From Lachnospiraceae bacterium (GTDB lineage: Bacteria > Bacillota > Clostridia > Lachnospirales > Lachnospiraceae): a stretch of 64,000 nucleotides of DNA. Numbering within the stretch: position 1 is the first letter of the stretch; every line of letters starts with the position of its first letter. The position numbers were made by a program, and so were the translations under genes. Location: positions 1,610-65,609 of the forward strand of contig VSOA01000001.1 of the NCBI GenBank assembly GCA_009774585.1. Direction: 5' to 3'. Positions 47,685 to 56,402 of this stretch are shown here, piece by piece. The notes under the pieces are model-generated. The model was not told the origin of the DNA. It did no database searches and saw only the letters and a list, made by a program, of their open reading frames with translations.

Positions 47685-49277
47685 ATGAGAGAGAACACCA
47701 CAAAATGGATTGTGGCAATTGGGATCATAGTGTTTATACTTTTGGGGGCAGGAATTTTGCAGGGAACTGATGCAGGGTTTCGGTCCCTATTTCCCAAGGG
47801 ATCTGCCGGGGAGCAAAATACTGTCGGGATAAGCGTAGAATTTTTTTATTTCAATGGTTGCGAGACCTGCAGGGAATATCAGAAGTTTGAACAGGAATTT
47901 GAACAGAGGCTGCGGGATGCAGGTATTACGGAGCCGATTACCTGTACCTTCTATAATGCATTCCACGAATCCGAGCGGGAGTATATAAGTAAACGTATGG
48001 AAGAATTGGGTGTTCCTTACGATATGTCAGGACTTCCGGCGGCTTTGGTGAACGGCAGATTATATCAGGGAACTTATGGCGAAATCGGTGATAAGGCGTC
48101 CGCAGATATTCCGGAGGACGGTATAAGGGAGAGGTCTGCTGGAGAAGGACAAGAAAGAACGATGTCAGGAAATGAAACGACGGATACCGAACTCTTCCTC
48201 TTTACGACTTATGCTTGTGACAACTGTAGCAAAGTCAAAGAATATCTTAACGAAGAATTCGGAGACGGTGCAGCCATCAGTGTAGTATCAGGTGAAGAAA
48301 GCATCTTATCCAATGTTTATGTGACAGAGCTCAATATTATGGAAGAGGGGAATCTTGCCCTGCTTGATACCTTCATGGAAGAATACGCAGTGCCGGATGA
48401 TCTGCGACAAGTGCCGATTTTGTTCTATGCGGAAGGTTTTTTGTCCGGAGAGGAGAATATTAAAGAGAATCTCATGGAAGAATTGTGCGACGGAGCCGGA
48501 CTTGGATTTGCAAGAGACAAGCGGGAAAGTCCGGACGCGGTTGAAACGGGGATGGAACAAGGGTGGTCTCAGATTCCAAGGCTTTTCATGACAGGTCTTA
48601 TAAATGGCGTCAATCCTTGTGCAGCATCCATGCTCCTGATGGTGCTGTCAATCCTTTTGGTGACGAAGAAATTTTTCCTGCGGGGGAGTCTCTTGTATTT
48701 GGCCGGCAAAGTGACGGCTTATATGATGATGGGACTGGGAGCGTTTGGATTGTTCCAAGTGGTGCAGGAAGCTGTATTTGTGCGAGTACAAAGGGGTATC
48801 GAGACTGTCTTTGCAGCAGCAGCTCTTGGTTTATGCCTGCTTAATCTGTATGATTTCTGGAATACGCGGAAGAAACAGTACGGTAAAGTCGTAGTACAGC
48901 TTCCCGGGAAACTGCGCAAGTGGAATCACAATATGATCGAGAAGCTGAAAAACGTATCGCCGAAACGGATGCTCCCTGCAGTGTTCCTGCTGGGACTGGT
49001 GATTTCGGCGGGAGAATTCTTCTGCACGGGGCAGTTGTATGTGGCTTCTATTTTTATCCTGTTAAAGCAGGGGCAGCAGGAGTTTCTGACGGTTGCAATG
49101 TTGCTGCTTGTATATGTGCTTGCTATGTGCATTCCGCAGTTGGTATTGATTTTGGTGATTTATAGAAGTAAGAATTTGCTGTCTGCGTCCAGATTTGCAC
49201 TGGAGGGGATGCCTGTGGTGAAATTAATCTATGCGGGCGTATTTCTTGCGTTATTTTTCCTTCTGCTGTATGCGTAA
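47685..49277 (+). CDS. Membrane protein fusing two extracytoplasmic CxxC thioredoxin/glutaredoxin-like modules to a DsbD/CcdA-type transmembrane domain
   Basis: An N-terminal TM is present. The CxxC motifs are CETC (FYFNGCETCREY) and CDNC (TTYACDNCSKV). The C-terminal polytopic domain carries the NGVNPCAAS and EFFCTGQLY cysteine motifs. An alternative in-frame ATG at 47634 overlaps the GH31 stop as ATGA. Confidence 0.7.
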   Translation: MRENTTKWIVAIGIIVFILLGAGILQGTDAGFRSLFPKGSAGEQNTVGISVEFFYFNGCETCREYQKFEQEFEQRLRDAGITEPITCTFYNAFHESEREYISKRMEELGVPYDMSGLPAALVNGRLYQGTYGEIGDKASADIPEDGIRERSAGEGQERTMSGNETTDTELFLFTTYACDNCSKVKEYLNEEFGDGAAISVVSGEESILSNVYVTELNIMEEGNLALLDTFMEEYAVPDDLRQVPILFYAEGFLSGEENIKENLMEELCDGAGLGFARDKRESPDAVETGMEQGWSQIPRLFMTGLINGVNPCAASMLLMVLSILLVTKKFFLRGSLLYLAGKVTAYMMMGLGAFGLFQVVQEAVFVRVQRGIETVFAAAALGLCLLNLYDFWNTRKKQYGKVVVQLPGKLRKWNHNMIEKLKNVSPKRMLPAVFLLGLVISAGEFFCTGQLYVASIFILLKQGQQEFLTVAMLLLVYVLAMCIPQLVLILVIYRSKNLLSASRFALEGMPVVKLIYAGVFLALFFLLLYA

Positions 49278-49349
49278 GCATCTTGTAATGCGGTGGAATA
49301 AAGTACCTGCCTGTCGCAGCCTTTCTGCCAACAATATTGGAGAAGTAAC

Positions 49350-49745
49350 TTATTTATAATAGAAAGCCGCGTGGGTGATTTCTATTCCCATATATTCAGA
49401 AAGTAAAGAGAGCCATTCCGGGGGCATATCGCCCTGCAAAGCGGGAATGGCTTCTTCCAATTCTGCAAGGAGCCGTACACGGACAGCGTCCCTGTGGATA
49501 AAGCAGGGATTGGCATCATCGAAGAACTCGATGCTCTTTGCGATGATCAGTTCTTCTGCAAGAGGCAGATCGTTCCAAGGTCCCTGATAGAGTTCAGTAT
49601 GATCTGCGGATAATGTGACGTATATTTTTTTCTTGTGTCCAAACATGAGAAGGTCCTTTCGTGCTGTATTGAGGATTGCCGGGAAGCGGGTCGGGGCCGC
49701 CGTTTCATGATTTATCAATCCTTCAAGCGACAGCCCCTTTGACAT
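49350..49745 (-). CDS. Small hypothetical protein (98-131 aa)
   Basis: This ORF is the last gene of the minus-strand operon. The internal Met at 49646 has the better ribosome-binding site (GAAAGGA plus 7 nt). No motif was recognised. Confidence 0.5.
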   Translation of the reverse strand: MSKGLSLEGLINHETAAPTRFPAILNTARKDLLMFGHKKKIYVTLSADHTELYQGPWNDLPLAEELIIAKSIEFFDDANPCFIHRDAVRVRLLAELEEAIPALQGDMPPEWLSLLSEYMGIEITHAAFYYK

Positions 49746-49769
49746 AACTTATATCATTGTCCTTTTACG

Positions 49770-50210
49770 TTACGGACAAACAACGCCCTTTTGCAGCATG
49801 ATATTGGCATACAGCGCTTCTTCTCCGGTGGCGATGACAGCATAAGCGCTGCGCGCCTCCTCATAAAACGCAAAACGTTCTATTTCCCCGATGACTGCAG
49901 CGCCTCTTTCATCGGCGGCATTTACAATCTTTCGGTATTCATCCCAGATGGGCGTCTTAACCGGGTCGCCTTTCATCACCTGCATCAGATTGAAAGGTTT
50001 CTCCACATAAGTATCCAGCGGAAATAATTGTAGAATGGCTTCCAGTATCTCACAAGTTCCATGGCCGTCCATCCGTATTACAACAGCATCCTTGCCGATA
50101 CTCTCGGCAGGAAAGTTACCGTCTGCGATGACGAGTCTGTCGCTGTGTCCCATTTCGCAAAGCACTTTCAGAAGCTGTGGTGATAATATTTTCGGAATTC
50201 CTTTCAGCAT
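49770..50210 (-). CDS. fucU: L-fucose mutarotase (RbsD/FucU family)
   Basis: The N-terminus is characteristic (MLKGIPKILSPQLLKVLCEMGHSDRLVIADGNFP). The length, about 146 aa, fits the family. Confidence 0.85.
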   Translation of the reverse strand: MLKGIPKILSPQLLKVLCEMGHSDRLVIADGNFPAESIGKDAVVIRMDGHGTCEILEAILQLFPLDTYVEKPFNLMQVMKGDPVKTPIWDEYRKIVNAADERGAAVIGEIERFAFYEEARSAYAVIATGEEALYANIMLQKGVVCP

Positions 50211-50262
50211 AAATGCGCTCCTTTTCTACTTAATAATGTTTTGTTTCTACGATCCCAATTTG

Positions 50263-51285
50263 TCATTCGGTAATCTGTCCATCTACATCCCAGAGATCTT
50301 CCCAGCTTGTGGCGCCTTCCCACAAAAAGACTTGTCCTTTTACCAGACGGCAGTTCTTGTCATCTTGCCGGATAGCTTCCATCTCTGTATCCGTGAGCGG
50401 ATCACAGGCTGCGCACTGCAGATTGGAAATATACTGCGGCTCTTTCACCGAAAAAGGAATCGGAATCTGACCTCTCTGCACCGCCCATTTCAGACAGACG
50501 ACTGCCGGATGTACCTGATGCGCCTTAGCGGCTGCTGCCACGGAAGGCAGTTGTGTATCGACCACATCTTCCTCCATCCGGTCTCTCTCAGGACGGGAAG
50601 GGGAACCAATCGGACAATAGCCGATGGGCAGGATATTGTGTGCGACCGCATAATCAAACAGTTCCGGCTGCTGGAAGGATGGATGCAGCTCCATTTCAAG
50701 GGCGGCAGGCATGATTCTGCATAGGGGCAGTACTGCTTCCAGCTTAGGGATGGTCATATTGCTCATGCCGATATACCGTGCAAGTCCCATGTCCACAAGC
50801 GCTTCGCACTGTCTCCAAACCGACATAAATTCCTCTGTCGAAAAAGGCTTGGAATCCGGATTTCTGGAATCTCCGCTGCATCCCGGTGCATGATAATTTG
50901 GGAAGGGCCAATGTACAAAATAAAGGTCAATCTGCGAAAGCCCTAAATCATGTAAGCTTTCTTTGCAGGAAGCGATGACTTCACCTTCTCCGTGCCTGTC
51001 ATTCCATACCTTGGAAGTGATGAAAAGCTCTTTGCGCGTTACTACGCCTTCTGCAAACACTCTATGAAGAACCTGTCCGATCTGCGCTTCGTTCTGATAC
51101 ACCGAAGCACAATCGATCAGACGGTATCCGTATTTGATTGCGCCATACACCGCTTCCGAAACCGCATCTGCCCCATATTTGTCCGAGCCAAAGGTTCCCA
51201 GCCCCATACAGGGAATCTGCTCTCCGCCGGGCAAGGTTCTCTTTGGAATCAGGGACTGTTCTATTTTCTGTTCCATATGTCTCAC
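50263..51285 (-). CDS. Aldo/keto reductase (candidate L-fucose/L-galactose 1-dehydrogenase)
   Basis: The AKR catalytic tetrad context is present: LIDCASVYQNE (Asp and Tyr), ITSKVWN (Lys) and YFVHWP (His). The GTG start lies 5 nt after GAGAGGA. The substrate is inferred from context only. Confidence 0.8.
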   Translation of the reverse strand: MRHMEQKIEQSLIPKRTLPGGEQIPCMGLGTFGSDKYGADAVSEAVYGAIKYGYRLIDCASVYQNEAQIGQVLHRVFAEGVVTRKELFITSKVWNDRHGEGEVIASCKESLHDLGLSQIDLYFVHWPFPNYHAPGCSGDSRNPDSKPFSTEEFMSVWRQCEALVDMGLARYIGMSNMTIPKLEAVLPLCRIMPAALEMELHPSFQQPELFDYAVAHNILPIGYCPIGSPSRPERDRMEEDVVDTQLPSVAAAAKAHQVHPAVVCLKWAVQRGQIPIPFSVKEPQYISNLQCAACDPLTDTEMEAIRQDDKNCRLVKGQVFLWEGATSWEDLWDVDGQITE

Positions 51286-51297
51286 CTATGTCCTCTC

Positions 51298-52356
51298 TTA
51301 ATCAAATACCACGGCGACCTTACCGCACTGACCGCCTGCCATAAGCTGATAAGCTTCCCCGGCTTTCTCCAAGGGGAATTCATGCGTGATCAGGTCCTCC
51401 GGATGAATGTTCCAGCGTACCAGCCGCTCAACCAGTTCTTCCATCCGCCAGAGCGATGTGACCCATGAACCATATATGGTCTTCTGTCCGTGAATGATAT
51501 CCGGACTGGGATTAAAGCTGCAGGTGCCGCCTTCTCCGACAAATGCGATTTTACCCCATTCCCGGGTGGCACGGATGGCGAGCTGGCGGCCGCCGTCGTT
51601 GGCCGATGCGTCGATGGCGCGCTCCACTCCCTTGCCGCCTGTGGCTGAGAGGATTTCATCCAAAGCGCCGTCTCCCGGTTTAACCACCAGATCTACCAGT
51701 CCCAGTTTCCTTGCAAGCGCGATTCTGTAATCGTTGATCTCCACACCGATCAGTTTATTGGCGCCTAAAGCTTTGGCAAGCATGAGCGCGGCAAGTCCGA
51801 CTGGTCCGAGACCGGTCACCAGTACCGCATCGTTACCGCAGATACCGATTTTCTCGATGGCTTCATAGACTGTTCCGAATCCGCATGCTACTTGAGCGCC
51901 GTCTTTATAGGACAGTTCGTCGGGCAGAGCAATCAGATCCTTTTCATCCGCCAGAATGTAAGGAGCCATACCGCCGTTTCTCTGCCAGCCGTAAGCCTGC
52001 CGGAACCTGCTCTTACAGGAAATATAATATCCCCGGCGGCAGTCATTGCATACGCCGCATCCCGAAATATGATAGACGATCACTCTGTCTCCCTTCTTGA
52101 AACGCTTTAATCCCTCGCCCTCTTCCACGATCTGGCCGCAGGGTTCATGTCCGGCTGCCATGCCCGGGATATACCCCTCCGGTCCTTTACCTGTATGTTC
52201 TCTGTAGATACAGCGGATATCGCTGCCACAGATTGTGGTTGCCTTTGTCTGTATCACAACTTGTCCATAGCCCGGTTTCGGTATTTCAAAGTCCTTCAAT
52301 TCTACCGTGCTGTTTCCGGGCAGCACGGCTCCTTTCATTAACATTTTTACTGCCAT
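51298..52356 (-). CDS. Zn-dependent medium-chain dehydrogenase/reductase (sugar or sugar-acid dehydrogenase type)
   Basis: Catalytic Zn ligands are present (ICGSD, GHEPCG). The structural Zn motif is CGVCNDCRRGYYISC. The Rossmann motif is VTGLGPVGL. The ribosome-binding site is AAAGGAG. Confidence 0.85.
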   Translation of the reverse strand: MAVKMLMKGAVLPGNSTVELKDFEIPKPGYGQVVIQTKATTICGSDIRCIYREHTGKGPEGYIPGMAAGHEPCGQIVEEGEGLKRFKKGDRVIVYHISGCGVCNDCRRGYYISCKSRFRQAYGWQRNGGMAPYILADEKDLIALPDELSYKDGAQVACGFGTVYEAIEKIGICGNDAVLVTGLGPVGLAALMLAKALGANKLIGVEINDYRIALARKLGLVDLVVKPGDGALDEILSATGGKGVERAIDASANDGGRQLAIRATREWGKIAFVGEGGTCSFNPSPDIIHGQKTIYGSWVTSLWRMEELVERLVRWNIHPEDLITHEFPLEKAGEAYQLMAGGQCGKVAVVFD

Positions 52357-52491
52357 AGTAATTTCTCCTTTCCGAAAGTATTTCGTTTCGCTGCTGCTTT
52401 GTAACTGATTTCAGTATACTCTTTTCTATTCCCGATACCAGATTGGAACATGCCGATTTTTGCTGAAAAGTGTCGTGTTTTTATAGGATAT

Positions 52492-52520
52492 TTTGCAGGA
52501 GGATGGAATATTTGTTATAC
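52492..52520 (+). promoter_or_regulatory. Putative sigma-A promoter of the AraC-family regulator in the divergent intergenic region
   Basis: TTGCAG, a 17-nt spacer, then TATACT. A minus-strand TATACT at 52418-52413 with a poor -35 is a candidate activator-dependent promoter for the dehydrogenase operon. Confidence 0.4.
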
Positions 52521-52568
52521 TATACAAAGAAGCATAAATATTCGCATCAAATATCCAAAGGAGAAACT

Positions 52569-53456
52569 GTGAAGAAACAATATACCGACTTAGATATCCA
52601 TTTTACTTTGGATGGATTTCCCGTACACGTTCTTAACATCATATTTGAGCGCTTTACCCGCGTCATTCCTTCCCACAGCCATGGAAACGGCTGTTATGAG
52701 ATCCACTATATTCCGGCGGGCTTCGGCAGGTTAAAAGAAGGTGAAACTTATTACGATATTACCCCCAACACACTCTTTGTGACAGGGCCTCATGTGGTGC
52801 ATGCACAGTCGCCGCTCCTGTCCGATCCAATGCAGGAATACTGTGTTTATTTCAGGTTTCCCGGAGTATCCCGTACGAAGGAACTGTCATCGCTCCTGAA
52901 CGCCTTCTTATCTACCGGCTTCTGGATCGGACAGGATGTGCAGGGAGTCCATTTTCTGATGAAACAGCTTTTTGATGAGCTGGAATGTCAGTATACCGGT
53001 TATCAGAATCAGGTGCAGCTTTTGCTTTCACAGCTTATCATTTGTCTTGTGCGGAATTATGAACAGGAAAAGAAGCCGGAATACCGTTTTGCACGGTCCA
53101 ATCTCTATAACAGCAAATCTATGATCATAGAAGAATATTTCCTCTATGAATACAGAACGCTTTCTTTAGATGTACTTGCCGATCGGCTCAAGCTGAGCTC
53201 CCGACAGACCCAGCGCCTTTTACAGGATTATTATGGCAAGACTTTTCAGCAGAAGAAAACGGAAGCGCGTATGTCTACTGCGTCCATCATCCTTAATGAC
53301 AGAAGCAGAAGCATCGCCTCCATTGCAGAGGAGCTTGGTTATTCCTCTGCGGAGCACTTTTCTTCTGCTTTTAAGAAATATTATCATATCAGCCCCGGAA
53401 ACTATCGAAAGGAACAGGGAGGAAGAGATTGCTTTTCAGATGGGGAAGAAGTATAA
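52569..53456 (+). CDS. AraC-family transcriptional regulator (cupin sensor plus HTH)
   Basis: The GTG at 52569 follows AAAGGAGA. The cupin-like region reads SHSHGNGCYEIHYIP. The C-terminal AraC HTH reads IAEELGYSSAEHFSSAFKKYYHISPGNYR. Confidence 0.85.
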   Translation: MKKQYTDLDIHFTLDGFPVHVLNIIFERFTRVIPSHSHGNGCYEIHYIPAGFGRLKEGETYYDITPNTLFVTGPHVVHAQSPLLSDPMQEYCVYFRFPGVSRTKELSSLLNAFLSTGFWIGQDVQGVHFLMKQLFDELECQYTGYQNQVQLLLSQLIICLVRNYEQEKKPEYRFARSNLYNSKSMIIEEYFLYEYRTLSLDVLADRLKLSSRQTQRLLQDYYGKTFQQKKTEARMSTASIILNDRSRSIASIAEELGYSSAEHFSSAFKKYYHISPGNYRKEQGGRDCFSDGEEV

Positions 53457-53497
53457 TGTAAAGAATAATCTTTTCAAAAGGGAGCAATCAGAATTTC

Positions 53498-54379
53498 ATG
53501 CAAAACGAACAGGAATATGAAAAAGTGGCAATGAAAGTGTCAAAAGTCAGTATTATTGCGAACTTGGCGCTGACAATACTCAAACTGGCGGCGGGTGTGA
53601 TCGCTCATTCGGGAGCAATGATATCGGACGCGATTCATTCAGCGTCTGACGTGTTTAGTACAATTGTGGTTATCATCGGTATCAAGATATCCGGTAAAGC
53701 ATCGGATAAAGACCATCCTTACGGACACGAGCGGATGGAGTGTGTAGCGGCAATTATGCTGGCGACTATTTTGGCAGCCACCGGTTTGGGAATCGGTTAC
53801 ACGGCAGTAGAGAAGATAGCGGGAGGAAATTATGCGAATCTTGTAGTGCCGGGCATGATGGCGCTCGTGGCGGCAATCCTTTCGATTGTTGTGAAAGAAG
53901 GTATGTACCAGTATACGAGAGTATATGCAAGGAAAATTGACTCAGGTGCACTTATGGCGGACGCATGGCATCATCGTTCAGATGCGTTGTCCTCTGTGGG
54001 TGCCTTGGTCGGTATCGCAGGCGCCAGAATGGGATTCCCTATTTTAGATCCGGTTGCCAGTGTAGTAATATGTTTTTTTATTGAAAAAGCGGCTTACGAG
54101 ATTTTTATGGACGCAGTAGATAAGATGGTGGATAAGGCGTGTGATGAAGAAGTGGAAGCAGAACTTACGGAATGTGCACTCAGTCAGGAGGGTGTGCAGG
54201 GAGTCGATTTACTACATACGCGCGTCTTCGGCAATAAGATTTATGTAGACATCGAAATCAGAGTGGATGGTGAGATGAGACTGCGGGATGCTCACGGTAT
54301 CGCGGAGCATGTTCATGACGCAATCGAGAAGAACTTTTCGAAGGTCAAGCATATTATGGTGCATGTGAATCCGGCGTAA
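53498..54379 (+). CDS. Cation diffusion facilitator (CDF) family metal efflux transporter
   Basis: Six TM segments carry the HSxSD and HHRSD metal-site motifs (DAIHSASDV, DAWHHRSDAL). A cytoplasmic C-terminal domain is present. Confidence 0.9.
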   Translation: MQNEQEYEKVAMKVSKVSIIANLALTILKLAAGVIAHSGAMISDAIHSASDVFSTIVVIIGIKISGKASDKDHPYGHERMECVAAIMLATILAATGLGIGYTAVEKIAGGNYANLVVPGMMALVAAILSIVVKEGMYQYTRVYARKIDSGALMADAWHHRSDALSSVGALVGIAGARMGFPILDPVASVVICFFIEKAAYEIFMDAVDKMVDKACDEEVEAELTECALSQEGVQGVDLLHTRVFGNKIYVDIEIRVDGEMRLRDAHGIAEHVHDAIEKNFSKVKHIMVHVNPA

Positions 54380-54472
54380 CCGTACCTTATAAACTTTGGG
54401 GGCAGTTTTTCTTGCGTTATAGGAAATTGCTGTAATCGTAGTGGAGTTCGAGGAGAATGCGGAGCATTCTCT

Positions 54473-54499
54473 TAAGCGTCGCCGTCGGGCGACGCTTTT
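54473..54499 (+). terminator. Rho-independent terminator after the CDF gene
   Basis: AGCGTCGCC-gtcg-GGCGACGCT followed by TTTTTT. A second hairpin, GAGAATGC-gga-GCATTCTC (54451-54469), lies immediately upstream. Confidence 0.85.
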
Positions 54500-54574
54500 T
54501 TGCCCTTGTCAAAGGAAATAATTACCGATATAATAAATCAAAGAGATTGAGAATCAGAACGGTGGTAGGGGAGT

Positions 54575-56275
54575 ATGATGAGAGACAAAAGAGAGCAAAA
54601 GAGTGGGAAAAAGGGCAAAAGAGTGAGTGGCAGAAGCAAAAGAGCGATGATGCCGGTGGCTATGGCAGTGCTTGCGGCGCTGTTAACAGTATGCGGAGTA
54701 CTTTTTGGGGGCGGCACATTGAGCGTGGAGGCAGCAGGACGTCCCGTTTCAATCAGTTCTTGCACCATTGCAGGAGCAGACGTAGTGTGTCAGCTTAGTG
54801 CAGGCAGCGTTCCTTCGAGTGATGACGGTAAATATTATGTTTATGCGAACGAAGTTTATCAGGACGGACCGGTCGGTAAGGTGGCGGCGGTAGTCGATGC
54901 AGGGACTTCTGTTACGGCAAGTTTTCCGCTCGGATATAATACGGCAGACTCTAACTTGAGCCGCAAGTTTCTTATTGCCGTGAAACGCGGCGGGCAGATG
55001 GTTCAGGTCAGCGATGAGCATTATATTACGAATCCTGAGGCAATCGCTTCCCATACATCCGCACGCAGACCGGCTGGAATCAAAGGCATTCTACCGGATC
55101 TTACGAAGGCTTCCAAGGAGGAATTGCAGGATCTGGGTGTTTCGCAGGTGGTATACAATATGTATGTTGACGATATTTGTGTCGATGCGACGGTACCCGG
55201 AGCGATTCCTTTTGAATATAACGGACAGACCTGGTATTTCAATAACGGAATGGTGACCAAGTTCGATTCTATGATCAGGAGTTTTAACGCATATGGTATG
55301 CAGGTGACGATGGTGCTGTTAAACGGCGGCAGAAGCCAGTACACGCAGCATCTGGTTCATCCGATGGCGCAGGGCGGAGACTGTCCGGGCTACGCTTTGA
55401 ATGTTGCGGATGCGGCGGGAACCGAACACTTGAAAGCAATCGGAGCATTCTTGGGACAGCGCTATTCGGGTCAGGCAGGATGCGGGCAGGTGGACAATTG
55501 GATCATTGGCAACGAGGTAAATGCAAGAACCTCATGGTGGTATACCAGTTCTACATCGTTGGATTTCAATGTGAATGTTTATGTAAAGGCATTCCGGATT
55601 ATGTATAACGAGATGAAGAGCCAGAATGCCAACGTTCGTATCTATAATTCCATCGATCAGGAATGGAACAGAAAATCGAACCCCGGAAGTTTCTTGGCTA
55701 AGGAATATCTGGATCAGTTTAACTATTATATCAATAGAGAAGGAAATATAGACTGGGGGCTTTCCTATCATCCGTACAATTCTCCGCTATATGATCCGTA
55801 TGCTTGGAACGGTCCGGCGGTATGGGTGCAGAACAGTATTTCAACGCCTTATATCACGATGCAGAATATTGATATATTGATCAATTATATGCATCAGCCT
55901 CAGTTCTTAAGCCCGGGCGGCGATGTGAGAAGCATTTCTCTTGCAGAAATCGGATATACGTCCAGTTTTGGTGACGACAAACAGGAAGCATCGGTAGCTT
56001 ACGGTTATCTGAAGGCGGCTTCCCTGCCTGATGTTGATGCATTTATGCTGTTTCGACAGACTGATGATGCGCATGAGATGGAGAGTCATCTGGCGCTTGG
56101 ATTATATGATCTGAACGGTAACAAGAAACCGGCTTACCATATTTATAAGAGTCTGGGAACAGCCAACGAGGCGGCAGCAAAAGCGAGAGCGTCTGAGATT
56201 ATCGGCATGGATATCGACCAGATGATCAGCCAGAATATCATGTGGACGAGAAGCGGCAACGGAGTGGTGCAATAA
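54575..56275 (+). CDS. Secreted protein of unknown function with a clan GH-A-like (TIM-barrel glycosidase-like) core
   Basis: A basic N-terminus is followed by a signal or anchor segment (MMPVAMAVLAALLTVCGVLF). The motif DNWIIGNEVNA resembles the GH-A acid/base NE motif, and a later AEIGYTS may be a nucleophile-like Glu. The family was not recognised. Confidence 0.6.
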   Translation: MMRDKREQKSGKKGKRVSGRSKRAMMPVAMAVLAALLTVCGVLFGGGTLSVEAAGRPVSISSCTIAGADVVCQLSAGSVPSSDDGKYYVYANEVYQDGPVGKVAAVVDAGTSVTASFPLGYNTADSNLSRKFLIAVKRGGQMVQVSDEHYITNPEAIASHTSARRPAGIKGILPDLTKASKEELQDLGVSQVVYNMYVDDICVDATVPGAIPFEYNGQTWYFNNGMVTKFDSMIRSFNAYGMQVTMVLLNGGRSQYTQHLVHPMAQGGDCPGYALNVADAAGTEHLKAIGAFLGQRYSGQAGCGQVDNWIIGNEVNARTSWWYTSSTSLDFNVNVYVKAFRIMYNEMKSQNANVRIYNSIDQEWNRKSNPGSFLAKEYLDQFNYYINREGNIDWGLSYHPYNSPLYDPYAWNGPAVWVQNSISTPYITMQNIDILINYMHQPQFLSPGGDVRSISLAEIGYTSSFGDDKQEASVAYGYLKAASLPDVDAFMLFRQTDDAHEMESHLALGLYDLNGNKKPAYHIYKSLGTANEAAAKARASEIIGMDIDQMISQNIMWTRSGNGVVQ

Positions 56276-56277
56276 TA

Positions 56278-56368
56278 AGACATGAAGTGGTACTAAGGTT
56301 ATAAAGGACATAACCTAAGTACCACTAAATCATGTCTGGAAGAATGCCGCTTGCAGCGAGCATTCTTC
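56278..56368 (+). other. Compound stem-loops downstream of the secreted-protein gene (no U-tract)
   Basis: Hairpin 1 has a 16-bp perfect stem, GTGGTACTAAGGTTAT (56287-56302) pairing with ATAACCTTAGTACCAC (56310-56325). AGACATGA/TCATGTCT (56278-85/56330-37) extends that stem. Hairpin 2 is GAAGAATGC (56339-47) pairing with GCATTCTTC (56360-68). Confidence 0.6.
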
Positions 56369-56402
56369 TGAGTGTGGAATAGATTTTTACAGCATAAGTG
56401 TC

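Noticed and set aside
53457-53497. A possible NiCo (czcD-motif) riboswitch upstream of the CDF transporter.
   Set aside because: The intergenic gap is only 41 nt, which is too short for that element. The similarly short leader of the P-type ATPase gene also excludes it there.
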